A DNA stretch of 64,000 bases from an uncultured Parvibaculum sp. (lineage in GTDB: Bacteria; Pseudomonadota; Alphaproteobacteria; Parvibaculales; Parvibaculaceae). Positions 28,912-37,423 of the stretch are shown here, piece after piece; within the stretch, counting starts at the first letter, position 1; every line of letters begins with the position of its first letter. Under the pieces are notes generated by a model. The model searched no databases and was not told where the DNA came from. It was given only the letters and a program-made list of their open reading frames with translations. Both the position numbers and the translations under genes were made by a program. The stretch spans positions 685 to 64,684 of the forward strand of contig CAZFHW010000001.1 of assembly GCA_964518885.1 (NCBI GenBank), in the 5' to 3' direction.

Positions 28912-29652
28912 ATGGAAATGCATGTTCTGGTGTTTGCGGCTCAAAAGGGCGGCGTGGGAAAGACGACCCTCGCGGGCCATATTGCCGTGGCAGCGCACCG
29001 TGCGGGCGTGGGACCCGTTGGTCTGATCGATGCGGACCCCCAAGGCAGCCTGATGAAGTGGATGGAGTGTCGGTCTGTCGAAGGGTTGTCGCTTTTTCTG
29101 ACTGACCATGGAGGTGTCCAGCCCGCCCTGCGGGAGGCCGCCGCGGCGGGTATGCGCCTGACCATCATCGACACGCCTCCTGCGGTAACCCGCTCCATCT
29201 CAGATGTTGTTGGCCATGCGGATCTGGTCATCATTCCCACACGGCCAAGTCCCCATGACCTGCGCGCCGTTGGAGCCACGGTTGATATTGCCCAGTGGCA
29301 TGAAAAGCCGCTTGTTTTCGTTGTCAATGGCGCCACACCAAGGGCTCGTATCACCTCGGACGCGGCCGTTGCCCTGTCGCAGCACGGGACAGTCGCCCCG
29401 GTGACCATCCACCACCGGGTTGATTTCGCCGCCAGCATGATAGATGGGCGCACCGTGCTGGAAGCCAAACCCGAGGGAAAGAGCGCCGCAGAAATCGAGG
29501 CACTGTGGGTGTATCTTGCTAACCGCCTGGATCGGCTCGCGCCCCTGACCATTGATCCTGCAACGGTCGAAAGTTTTGGAACCCACCTTCCATCGAACTT
29601 GAACGCTCTGGGGCGCCGTGCGCCCGCGTTCGGCCGCCGGCCCGGCCATTGA
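28912..29652 (+). CDS. ParA family ATPase (orphan)
   Basis: Deviant Walker A QKGGVGKTT, DADPQGS, IIDTPP, P.RPSPHDL. Confidence 0.9.
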   Translation: MEMHVLVFAAQKGGVGKTTLAGHIAVAAHRAGVGPVGLIDADPQGSLMKWMECRSVEGLSLFLTDHGGVQPALREAAAAGMRLTIIDTPPAVTRSISDVVGHADLVIIPTRPSPHDLRAVGATVDIAQWHEKPLVFVVNGATPRARITSDAAVALSQHGTVAPVTIHHRVDFAASMIDGRTVLEAKPEGKSAAEIEALWVYLANRLDRLAPLTIDPATVESFGTHLPSNLNALGRRAPAFGRRPGH

Positions 29653-29755
29653 TGCTTTGTGCCCCGGCCATTGATTTGAGAGACGGGCCACTGATTTGTG
29701 GGGGCCAGACATCCATTTGAGATCAAAGTCGTCCAACGAAAGGCATAGAGGCGCC

Positions 29756-30274
29756 ATGCAGGATCACAACAAGCCCAATCGCGTCTGCAAAACCGCCGAT
29801 GGCTTTGCCACGCTGAGTGCGGCCATGATGGAAAGAAATCCGGCTCCCCAACAGAATCCGGCTCCCCAAGAGAAGGACAGGTCGGCGAGGTTGGGGCCTG
29901 GGCAGCCGTCTGCCGCATTCGGTCTGCTCAATCGCGAACCTGCAAATTCTGGCGAGAGATTGCAGAGCCGCCTTTTCCTGGCCGAGGATTGCTCAGAACA
30001 GTCAGCTGAGCGCCCAGAGGGCGACAGCGAGCCCTACGATGGGCCCGAGCGTCGCCTGAAGGACGTAAGCCCGGTTTTGGAGCGCCGCAGGGCGATGCCG
30101 CCTCGGGTACGCACATCGGTGCGCTTGGAAAATCATCGATACACTAGACTGAAGAGTGCCTCGGTTTTACTTGAGAGAACCCATCAGGATCTTATGACCT
30201 CAGCCCTCGATCTCTATTTGGATGGGTTGGGAATACCCTCACTGAAGCCACCGGTGCGGGGTATAAAACCATAA
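29756..30274 (+). CDS. Hypothetical protein with C-terminal ribbon-helix-helix-like segment (ParA partner)
   Basis: Low-complexity N-terminus; RTSVRLENHRYTRLKSAS.....QDLMTSALDLYL. Confidence 0.6.
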   Translation: MQDHNKPNRVCKTADGFATLSAAMMERNPAPQQNPAPQEKDRSARLGPGQPSAAFGLLNREPANSGERLQSRLFLAEDCSEQSAERPEGDSEPYDGPERRLKDVSPVLERRRAMPPRVRTSVRLENHRYTRLKSASVLLERTHQDLMTSALDLYLDGLGIPSLKPPVRGIKP

Positions 30275-30491
30275 TCCTATGGGGTGTTCTTATCTGAAAG
30301 ATAAATTTCTCTATGCAAGTCGAGACCCCAATAGCTTAAATCAATGGCAAATGTGGACTAAATTCTCGTGCCGCGTTGCTTGTGTTTGTTTCAGTTGCTA
30401 TAAGTCGCCAGCATGAATTTGACTGAAATGATAATGAAGATGTCATTTTACCAAATAATTATGTAAGAAACGGTTGAGCGGAGCGAGTTTT

Positions 30492-30914
30492 ATGCAAGAC
30501 AAGGCGGATCTGGTTGAGATGACCGCCGAAATTGTCTCAGCCTATTTGGGCAACAATTCGGTGCCGATATCCGATGTGCCCGCTTTGATCGAAACCGTTT
30601 TCGGTGCGCTGCAAAGCGTCGAGACGGGGCAAGCGAGCAATGCTGTGCCAAGCGTTGAGCCCGCAGTTCCCATCAAACAGTCGGTAACGGCTGATTTCTT
30701 GATCTGCCTGGAAGATGGGAAACAGTTCAAATCATTGAAACGCCATCTGCGAACCCACTACAATTTGTCGCCGGAAGAGTATCGGCGCAAATGGGGTTTG
30801 CCGGTTGATTATCCCATGGTCGCCCCGAATTACGCGGCGGCACGCTCCAAGCTCGCGAAAGAAATGGGTCTCGGCCAAAAACGCGCGGCAGGCAGCTCTG
30901 CACAAAAACGCTGA
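30492..30914 (+). CDS. mucR: MucR/Ros family zinc-finger transcriptional regulator
   Basis: EIVSAYLGNN, CLEDGKQFKSLKRHL, YRRKWGLP.DYPMVAPNYA..RS.LAK.MGLG. Confidence 0.95.
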   Translation: MQDKADLVEMTAEIVSAYLGNNSVPISDVPALIETVFGALQSVETGQASNAVPSVEPAVPIKQSVTADFLICLEDGKQFKSLKRHLRTHYNLSPEEYRRKWGLPVDYPMVAPNYAAARSKLAKEMGLGQKRAAGSSAQKR

Positions 30915-31075
30915 ACAGCGTTTGTGAAGCCCGGTCAAGATTCCTCTTCCATCAGTGATGTTCCGACTTGCTCCTAACCGGCGAGAGCGGCAAGCTTGTG
31001 CTATCTGTGTTGCAGCAGAGTAATGAGAAGAAGTTCGGCAGGCCCAGGTCGGTCGACGCAAGGAGCACAAGGTCC

Positions 31076-31564
31076 ATGCCCAAATCGACACACAATCCTA
31101 CGGTCAACGCGGTGTTGCGCAGGGCGCGCCACAGCATTGCAGCCGCGTGTCTCATGATCGCAAGTGTTGGACCCGTGTCCGCAGCCGACACCGCGACGAT
31201 GACCGGCGGGAGCCACACAATTGCATTAGGCGAACGGGCTACTTTTTCTATCCAAACACGAGCAGATCAATCCACCGAATTTTCGGGATGGTGCGAACTC
31301 ACATCGGCAGGCTCTGCGAGTGTGGTGTTTGACGGTCGTCACTATATCCCGCTCTCTGAACCGGCGGTGGGTGATGTGATAAACTTCAACGGTCCAGGCG
31401 TGCGCCGTTTTGAAATGGCCGGGACCTTTGAGGCCAGTTTGGGGGAGGCCAATATCAGCTTCTATTTTGCCAATGTACCCGTGGCCTTTTGTTTTGGTGG
31501 GGGGGATTGTGCCACCGTTAGCGAGAGCGCTGGGTCTGTTGTCGCTGAATGCGGTCAAAACTAG
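31076..31564 (+). CDS. Hypothetical exported beta-rich protein
   Basis: RBS AGGAG; signal-like AAACLMIASVGPVSA; paired cysteines. Confidence 0.6.
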   Translation: MPKSTHNPTVNAVLRRARHSIAAACLMIASVGPVSAADTATMTGGSHTIALGERATFSIQTRADQSTEFSGWCELTSAGSASVVFDGRHYIPLSEPAVGDVINFNGPGVRRFEMAGTFEASLGEANISFYFANVPVAFCFGGGDCATVSESAGSVVAECGQN

Positions 31565-31603
31565 AGTGTGGGATGTGCCCCCTCTAGCCGATAGGACGGG
31601 GCG

Positions 31604-33586
31604 GTGGCGCTTTGGTCGAGGCTGATGTCAATCATCGAATTTTTCAGCAGAAGGCGGGCGGGCATCATCCTGGGCGTGACTGTCTTTGTTCTGGGGGGAG
31701 CCCTGGGGTGGGGGTTGTACCATCAACGAGACACTCAGGACCTCGCCAGGACCGTCAAACCCATCGATTCGCCTGCAACCGCGCGCTTGGACCGGGATCT
31801 GGCACAAATTCTGGAATTGCTCGATGGCTTGGCCCCTTCGGAGCAAGCCGCACGAGCAGATAATCCACCTTGTGAGCGATGTTCTTATCTGGCGCAGGTT
31901 GCGACAGGCTATCGGGACAAGGCGACGGTTGCCCTCGCTGATATTCGGAAGCTGGAGGCAGCGCTGTCGCGCCACACAGGTGTCTCTCATTCGGTCGAAC
32001 GGACATCGCTGGAGCGACAGCTTGCGGCGCGCCAGAACGCTGCTGGGAGGGCTGTGGAGGGGCTCCGGAGTTTTGCTGACGGCGCAACCGCCTGCGAAAG
32101 CGAGCGCCTGTGTACACGTGATGATCTGGTACGCACCGCCCAGACCCAGCCCTTGGATTGCGTTCGGGATGGAGAAGAAATCCGAAACGCCGCAGCACGC
32201 ATAGGTCGTCTGGCGGACCACGTGATCGCCCAAGCACGCCTGTGCCAGAGAACCGCATGTCCGGTAATGAATTGTGATCGCTCGGCCGCTCTAGCGGCTG
32301 ACCTGCAGATTGTCGAAATGTCACTGGCTGAACTCGCTGGCGGTAGAACCGCCCTGCCAGGAGGCCGACAAACTGTGCCGAGCACGGGCCTTGCCACGGT
32401 TCTGGGAGGTGTTGAGCGGGCATTGGCGCGTTTGGCGCTTGATTCTGCGGAGACCACTTTATCCCCGCAGGCCCTGTCTGCCCGGGCCCGCGACATGCGG
32501 GAGGGACTCAAGGCCTGGCTGGAGCAAACCGAACATCGCAGAGGAGTTCGCAGAGACAGCTGGCGCGTAAGTGCCTTGATCGGTGAGATCGATGTGGCGG
32601 CGGAATGGGCCCTTGGAGGTGAAACAGCGGAATACAGACGGGCATATTTTGCGGCACTGACCCGCGCCATGTTGAGTGCTGCCCGTCTGGATGCGGCTCT
32701 GTCGACGACGGAAGAAGACCAACCCGTGACCGCGGTCGGGGGGCCCGTTTGTGGTGCATCAGAATTGGCAAATGCCTACCTGAAAGCGGGACACGCCATT
32801 GCTGCACTGGGGTTTTGCCGTGCCAAATCAGCCTGCACACCGTCGGCAACGACAGCAATATTGGGAAGGTCATTTCGGTCGGCGAGTGACCATGAAATCG
32901 GAGCGCTGGCCGCTGTGACGGGAGCACTTCCGCTGGGAGAAGAACGCCACGCAGATGCCCGGGTTGTCCAGTCGTCGCCTGTCAGCATCGCGTTCGAGAG
33001 GATCGACGTCTTGGCCGGGGAAATTGTCTCCGTTTCCGCAGACACCTCGCCGTCGGCCTGTCTCATTGCTGATGGTGCCATTGGCCTCGTGCGCGCAGGT
33101 GCACCGCTGGGAACTGAAGAGCGCTACCGTCTGGAGGGCGGCACAAGGTCGGAGGTATCACTGGCAGCACCGACAGCTCCAGGTCGTTATGTCATACGGG
33201 TCTTTGCCTCACCCGGTCGGGGCGGACAGCTGCTGAGTGAGCACGGTTTCACGGTCCAGGCGTTGAAAGCAGGGTGTGAAGGTTTTACAGGCCTGTGGGA
33301 CACATCATTTGGACCCCTTCGACTGGTTGACCGCGATGGACGGGTGACCGGGAGTTACCGACGCGGTGGCAATGCCCCTCTGCCGGGCCTGGTCGTCGGC
33401 TCGCGGACGGGAACGGGAACCTCGCAGGTGTTTGAAGGTACCTGGCTTTCTGAGCTGGGGCGCGGGGGTACACGATTGCGCCTGACAAATAATGGAACCA
33501 GATTCAGGGGCACCTGGGGGGTCACGCCTAACCGGTCTACCGGTGGCGGGGCTTGGAACGGCGAGTGTCTGGGGACGGCACCCTAG
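31604..33586 (+). CDS. Large Cys-rich hypothetical membrane-anchored protein
   Basis: 660 aa; N-terminal TM helix; 14 Cys; Ig-like APTAPGRYVIRVF segment; C-terminal FTGLWDTSFG...GTW...GTW avidin-like barrel pattern. Confidence 0.65.
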   Translation: MALWSRLMSIIEFFSRRRAGIILGVTVFVLGGALGWGLYHQRDTQDLARTVKPIDSPATARLDRDLAQILELLDGLAPSEQAARADNPPCERCSYLAQVATGYRDKATVALADIRKLEAALSRHTGVSHSVERTSLERQLAARQNAAGRAVEGLRSFADGATACESERLCTRDDLVRTAQTQPLDCVRDGEEIRNAAARIGRLADHVIAQARLCQRTACPVMNCDRSAALAADLQIVEMSLAELAGGRTALPGGRQTVPSTGLATVLGGVERALARLALDSAETTLSPQALSARARDMREGLKAWLEQTEHRRGVRRDSWRVSALIGEIDVAAEWALGGETAEYRRAYFAALTRAMLSAARLDAALSTTEEDQPVTAVGGPVCGASELANAYLKAGHAIAALGFCRAKSACTPSATTAILGRSFRSASDHEIGALAAVTGALPLGEERHADARVVQSSPVSIAFERIDVLAGEIVSVSADTSPSACLIADGAIGLVRAGAPLGTEERYRLEGGTRSEVSLAAPTAPGRYVIRVFASPGRGGQLLSEHGFTVQALKAGCEGFTGLWDTSFGPLRLVDRDGRVTGSYRRGGNAPLPGLVVGSRTGTGTSQVFEGTWLSELGRGGTRLRLTNNGTRFRGTWGVTPNRSTGGGAWNGECLGTAP

Positions 33587-33845
33587 AAACTGCCAGCAGG
33601 CCAGGGATATGCGACAGAATAGCAGCGTGGCGAAGAGGGCAATACGCCAAGCTTTCCTGCTGGCGAAGGAAGCGCTCAGACTTGAGGTGCCTTTTGAGTG
33701 CTGTGATCATGTTTCGGCGATCGGGACACCCCGAAGAAGAGCCAGGTTTTAGCCCCACACCGCTTCGCACGAAATGTCGAAACGCCCTGCGCCCGGCTCT
33801 GGCAAGAGCGTCCTCATTCTGCCCAATAGGTAATTTTCGCACCAT
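33537..33845 (-). CDS. GafB/DUF6477-like protein (putative)
   Basis: ARAGRRAFR...ITALKRHLKSERF.....AY..LRH pattern resembles DUF6477; lies directly downstream of the RogA-like gene; no clear RBS; overlaps the 660-aa ORF by 50 nt. Confidence 0.55.
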   Translation of the reverse strand: MVRKLPIGQNEDALARAGRRAFRHFVRSGVGLKPGSSSGCPDRRNMITALKRHLKSERFLRQQESLAYCPLRHAAILSHIPGLLAVSRVPSPDTRRSKPRHR

Positions 33846-33883
33846 GTGCCGCAGTTTGGACGTGAAACTTGGCAGGGGAATAA

Positions 33884-33898
33884 TTGCGTTTTACGCAA
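33884..33898. promoter_or_regulatory. Palindrome TTGCGT-TTT-ACGCAA (operator candidate 1)
   Basis: Perfect 6-3-6 inverted repeat in the 63-bp gap between the rogA-like stop and the gafB-like start. Confidence 0.6.
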
Positions 33899-33908
33899 AA
33901 ACAGCCGA

Positions 33909-34481
33909 TCAAAAATAGCGAATAGACATGATAATGGGCGCGCACCACAACAGACGATCTATGTACCTTTCCTTGGAACCGGGTTGGAGCGGCACCAGGC
34001 AGTACCGCTTGGAATTTTTTGGACCACGAACAAGACGCCGCAACAAGACGGTGCCGTCTTTAAGTCCAACGAGGCAATCGCGGCCAAATCCCTGCTCCAG
34101 TTTTTCGTTTTCGAAACGCGCACCAACCAGTAACTCTCCTGATCGAAAGGGGCCGTGATCCTGTGTAAGACGGACGGCTACCGGACGGACGGCCGGAACG
34201 CGCAAGACAAAACCATCAGTATTTTCAACGGATTTAGACGATACAGTCCCATCTGCTTCGACCCGACCCAGCATCTCAATCCGCTCTGGAGAAGGTTCGT
34301 CAATCAGGTCACTCATCGGAACTTGCAAGATCGTTGCGAGTGGTTGTAGCCAATCCACCGATATCCTAATTCCCTCGGTTTCAAGCCGCGAAATGGTCGC
34401 TGCTGTGGTCCCGAGCCTGTCGGCGAGGTCAGTCTGCGTGATCCCCATCTGTCGCCGGTAGTGTCGAATTCTGTTTTTCAC
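33909..34481 (-). CDS. rogA: XRE-family repressor with S24-like C-terminus (RogA-like GTA repressor)
   Basis: NRIRHYRRQMGITQTDLADRLGTTAATISRLE HTH; divergent from the gafY/gafZ-like genes as in Caulobacter. Confidence 0.7.
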   Translation of the reverse strand: MKNRIRHYRRQMGITQTDLADRLGTTAATISRLETEGIRISVDWLQPLATILQVPMSDLIDEPSPERIEMLGRVEADGTVSSKSVENTDGFVLRVPAVRPVAVRLTQDHGPFRSGELLVGARFENEKLEQGFGRDCLVGLKDGTVLLRRLVRGPKNSKRYCLVPLQPGSKERYIDRLLWCAPIIMSIRYF

Positions 34482-34534
34482 ATCTGCCGTCTTTCATTTG
34501 CACCACATTCAGGTGTTTCATTATATTTTTGTAC

Positions 34535-34549
34535 TTACGTAAAACGCAA
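34535..34549. promoter_or_regulatory. Palindrome TTACGT-AAA-ACGCAA (operator candidate 2)
   Basis: Reverse complement TTGCGTTTTACGTAA is 14/15 identical to the site at 33884; in the rogA/gafY divergent spacer. Confidence 0.6.
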
Positions 34550-34642
34550 AATTTACTCCCGGGTTCTTCGATGGGGCTTAAGGTGTTTTTATACCTGATT
34601 GAAAAAAGCGGCTCGGTATTTGTCAGCCACCTAGGAGGTTAG

Positions 34643-35077
34643 ATGCTTGAATTGCCCTCAAATGCTTTATGCGAACGCGACGAAAAACTAACACGACAAG
34701 GTATTTTGACCACAAAGGCGGCGGCACGCCGAGCGGCGGTCTGGTCCCAACAAGTCGCGGAAATCAAGCTGACCTGTGATGTTGTTGCGAGAGTTTACAA
34801 TATTTTGCCTGCAGCGCTTTATTCGCCTACACGCGGCGAGGCATATGTCGCCCATGCTCGCCAGTTGGCTATGTATCTTGCTCATGTGACGTTCGGCCTC
34901 AGCCTTGGGGCGGTAGGGCGTCATTTTAGACGAGACAGAACCACCGCAGCCTATGGTTGCCGTCAGGTTGAAGATCGGCGCGATAATCCCAGTTTTGATT
35001 TCATGCTGGACCGTCTGGAACAAGCCCTAGCGATTTTGTCTGCCGTCCGCTTTGGAACGTCTCAGAAAATGCAATAG
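34643..35077 (+). CDS. gafY: DnaA domain IV-like HTH protein (GafY-like GTA activator)
   Basis: TRGEAYVAHARQLAMYLAHV..GLSL..VGRHFRRDRTTAAYGCRQVEDRRD; RBS AGGAGG. Confidence 0.8.
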   Translation: MLELPSNALCERDEKLTRQGILTTKAAARRAAVWSQQVAEIKLTCDVVARVYNILPAALYSPTRGEAYVAHARQLAMYLAHVTFGLSLGAVGRHFRRDRTTAAYGCRQVEDRRDNPSFDFMLDRLEQALAILSAVRFGTSQKMQ

Positions 35078-35088
35078 GGGAATGGGCT

Positions 35089-35973
35089 ATGGAAATCGCT
35101 GCGGGAGAACTACGTCGGGAGGGTTTGCGGCTTTTTCGACGTCTGAGGGAGCCGGGGCATTATGTCCGGCATTTGGATGACGGTAAGCCGCAAGAGGCAT
35201 CAGGGGCCTTGTTTGGTCCCCGTAATAGCTGGCGCCATCCGGTCTTGAGGGTAGATATGAGGATCGTTAGTGCGTTGCACAGGACGGATCTCTTGCGGCG
35301 CGAAGTAGCCTATGTGCCAGCGCAGGGCTTAGAAAGCGTTCCAGAATGTTACCTCGTCAGCGCAGCTGGTGAAGCGTGGTGGCGCAGGCAGGCTGGAGGC
35401 ACCGAGCCTTTTCGAGCCCAGCACCAGCTTTTAGGCGAGTGCGTGATTGAGGAGCCGGGGCGGGGCGTGGTGCGGCGCCAGGTCAATTTGGGGGAAACCC
35501 CCTTAGGGTGGCTCCGCAGACGCAAAGGGCCAGATGGTCGCCCCTTTTTGTCAGACATTGAAATGGAAGCGGGGGAACGATTGAGGCGCGACTATACGCT
35601 GGCCGCTCTCGGTTCCCGTGTTACTGCCGATTGGTCTGCGATGGCCGCTCACGTCGATCAAAGTAGATCTGGGCCTTCATCTGGGGGCGACGTATCTCTC
35701 GCGGCATTGGATGCCCGGCGGCGGGTAGAGCGCGCACTGGCCAGTGTGGGGCCAGGATTGGGCGATGTGCTTTTAGAGACGTGCTGCTATTTGTCAGGTC
35801 TGGAACAGGCGGAACAATTGCTTGGCTGGCCACAGCGGTCAGCAAAAATCGTGCTGAAAATTGCTCTGGCGCGCATTGCCATCCACTATGGCCTCGGGCT
35901 CACGGGGACACCAAAACAGGGGCTCCATGTCTGGCGGATGGGGGGAGACGGCAAACATCAGCACGGGAGGTGA
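35089..35973 (+). CDS. gafZ: DUF6456 protein (GafZ-like, GafA C-terminal homologue)
   Basis: ETPLGWLRRRKGPDGRPFL...AGERLRRDY, LGDVLLETCCYLSGLE.AE..LGWPQRSAKIVLKIAL. Confidence 0.85.
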   Translation: MEIAAGELRREGLRLFRRLREPGHYVRHLDDGKPQEASGALFGPRNSWRHPVLRVDMRIVSALHRTDLLRREVAYVPAQGLESVPECYLVSAAGEAWWRRQAGGTEPFRAQHQLLGECVIEEPGRGVVRRQVNLGETPLGWLRRRKGPDGRPFLSDIEMEAGERLRRDYTLAALGSRVTADWSAMAAHVDQSRSGPSSGGDVSLAALDARRRVERALASVGPGLGDVLLETCCYLSGLEQAEQLLGWPQRSAKIVLKIALARIAIHYGLGLTGTPKQGLHVWRMGGDGKHQHGR

Positions 35974-35975
35974 AG

Positions 35976-36401
35976 TCAGCCCGCCTGAGCTGTCGCCAGA
36001 TGTTGAGCGGCATCCTTGCGAATGCGCGACACCATAGCGTGTAAGCCATTTGAGCGTTGGGGACTGAGATGTTCATTGAGGCCTAGTTTCTGGAACACTT
36101 CTTTGGCGTCGATATCCAGTATCGCTTCCGGCGTGGTTCCAGAATACATCACCAGTAAAATGGCAATGAGTCCGCTGACGATCAGGGCATCGCTATCCCC
36201 TCGGAAAGTCAGATACTTATCACCGTCAACATGGTCACACACCAGCCAGACCTGACTGACACAACCTTGCACTTTCACAGCATCATTGTGTTCAACCTCC
36301 GTCAGGGGGCTGAGCTGCCGACCGAGCTCGATCACATATTTGTAGCGATCTTCCCAGTCGTCGAGATAGGTGAAATCGTCTATCAGATCTTGGATGGCCA
36401 T
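35976..36401 (-). CDS. sufE: SufE family sulfur acceptor
   Basis: DWEDRYKYVIELG, VQGCVSQVW, GDSDALIVSGL, LSPQRSNGL. Confidence 0.95.
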   Translation of the reverse strand: MAIQDLIDDFTYLDDWEDRYKYVIELGRQLSPLTEVEHNDAVKVQGCVSQVWLVCDHVDGDKYLTFRGDSDALIVSGLIAILLVMYSGTTPEAILDIDAKEVFQKLGLNEHLSPQRSNGLHAMVSRIRKDAAQHLATAQAG

Positions 36402-36529
36402 CGTGTGTTCAGCTTTGTGTGATGCGGGGCTTCCTCTGTGAGATAGAGGGCCGCGCTCCAGATGGCAAGTTTACCGCTCTTTTTTTGGCATAACTATGGA
36501 AAAGGCGGAAAAAGGGATGGGAAAAAGGG

Positions 36530-36577
36530 GTGCACAGATCACCGGTAAAAGGGCACCGGTACCGGTGATCTGTGCAC
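36530..36577. repeat. Perfect 18-bp inverted repeat with 12-nt loop
   Basis: GTGCACAGATCACCGGTA (36530-36547) / TACCGGTGATCTGTGCAC (36560-36577). Confidence 0.9.
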
Positions 36578-36643
36578 AGTGTTGGACGGGGGCAACCGTC
36601 CGAATATGGAACATCGCGAACGAGCTAGAACGATGCTCCGCGC

Positions 36644-37066
36644 TTAGGCACCGCGAAGAGTTGAAACAGGGGCACTGGGTGAAAATGCCTCTGTTAACTC
36701 CCGCGGATCCGCCTTTGCGCTGGTATTAGAAGAACGGGTCCCTGCAACGTCAGAGCCCTGTTCAGCGGCCCAGCTCAACGCGAGACCGCCATAGTAGAAA
36801 ACTTGTCGTTGTACATGGCCGGCAATGGCAAGGCCGGTGTCGCAGGCCCGAGGGTTGCGGTCACAAAAACCGAGAACGTCCTCGGCAGAAGCCATCGCGG
36901 CACCTGCAACCTCGGTCATATCGAGGCTCTGCCTGGAAACCGGACTGAACAGCGCCGCTGGGATCGTACCGGCGCCCTGGCCAGCTGCCATCGCGTCGGG
37001 TGTGTCCGGTGCTGGAAGCAGAACCGCAATCACGGAAATCCAAAATGCCAGTCGTACCAAAAACAT
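36644..37066 (-). CDS. DUF5330 domain protein
   Basis: MFLVRLAFWISV...LLP...AEDVLGFCDRNPRACDTG. Confidence 0.8.
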   Translation of the reverse strand: MFLVRLAFWISVIAVLLPAPDTPDAMAAGQGAGTIPAALFSPVSRQSLDMTEVAGAAMASAEDVLGFCDRNPRACDTGLAIAGHVQRQVFYYGGLALSWAAEQGSDVAGTRSSNTSAKADPRELTEAFSPSAPVSTLRGA

Positions 37067-37376
37067 GAAACTTGGCCCTTTACATTCTATCCGCCCCTTT
37101 TCCCGCCGGGTGAGCCTTAGTGTTGGAGGGGATCTCCAAGCGGGGGGAGCGACTTTCTATGTGCAGAAGGTAGCGCGCCAAGTGCTGCTCGAAGCTTAAA
37201 TACAAATATAAAATTGAATATACATCGCTGAAAAACAAGTTGAGAAGATTTTATAGTTCAAAAATCACGCATGTGACTTAAACTATACTAATAAAATCAT
37301 ATTCAATATTTTAGCTGTTTAAGTGAAAATTCACTTCAAATTGTATGCTTTGGGACAAAGGGCATGCTCGACGCAC

Positions 37377-37406
37377 AAAAAAACCGGCAGAACACTGCCG
37401 GTTTTT
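37377..37406 (-). terminator. Intrinsic terminator (symmetric)
   Basis: AAAAAAACCGGCAG-AACA-CTGCCGGTTTTT, just past the stop of the 37424 ORF. Confidence 0.85.
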
Positions 37407-37423
37407 CTGATGGCTCGGAGGTT

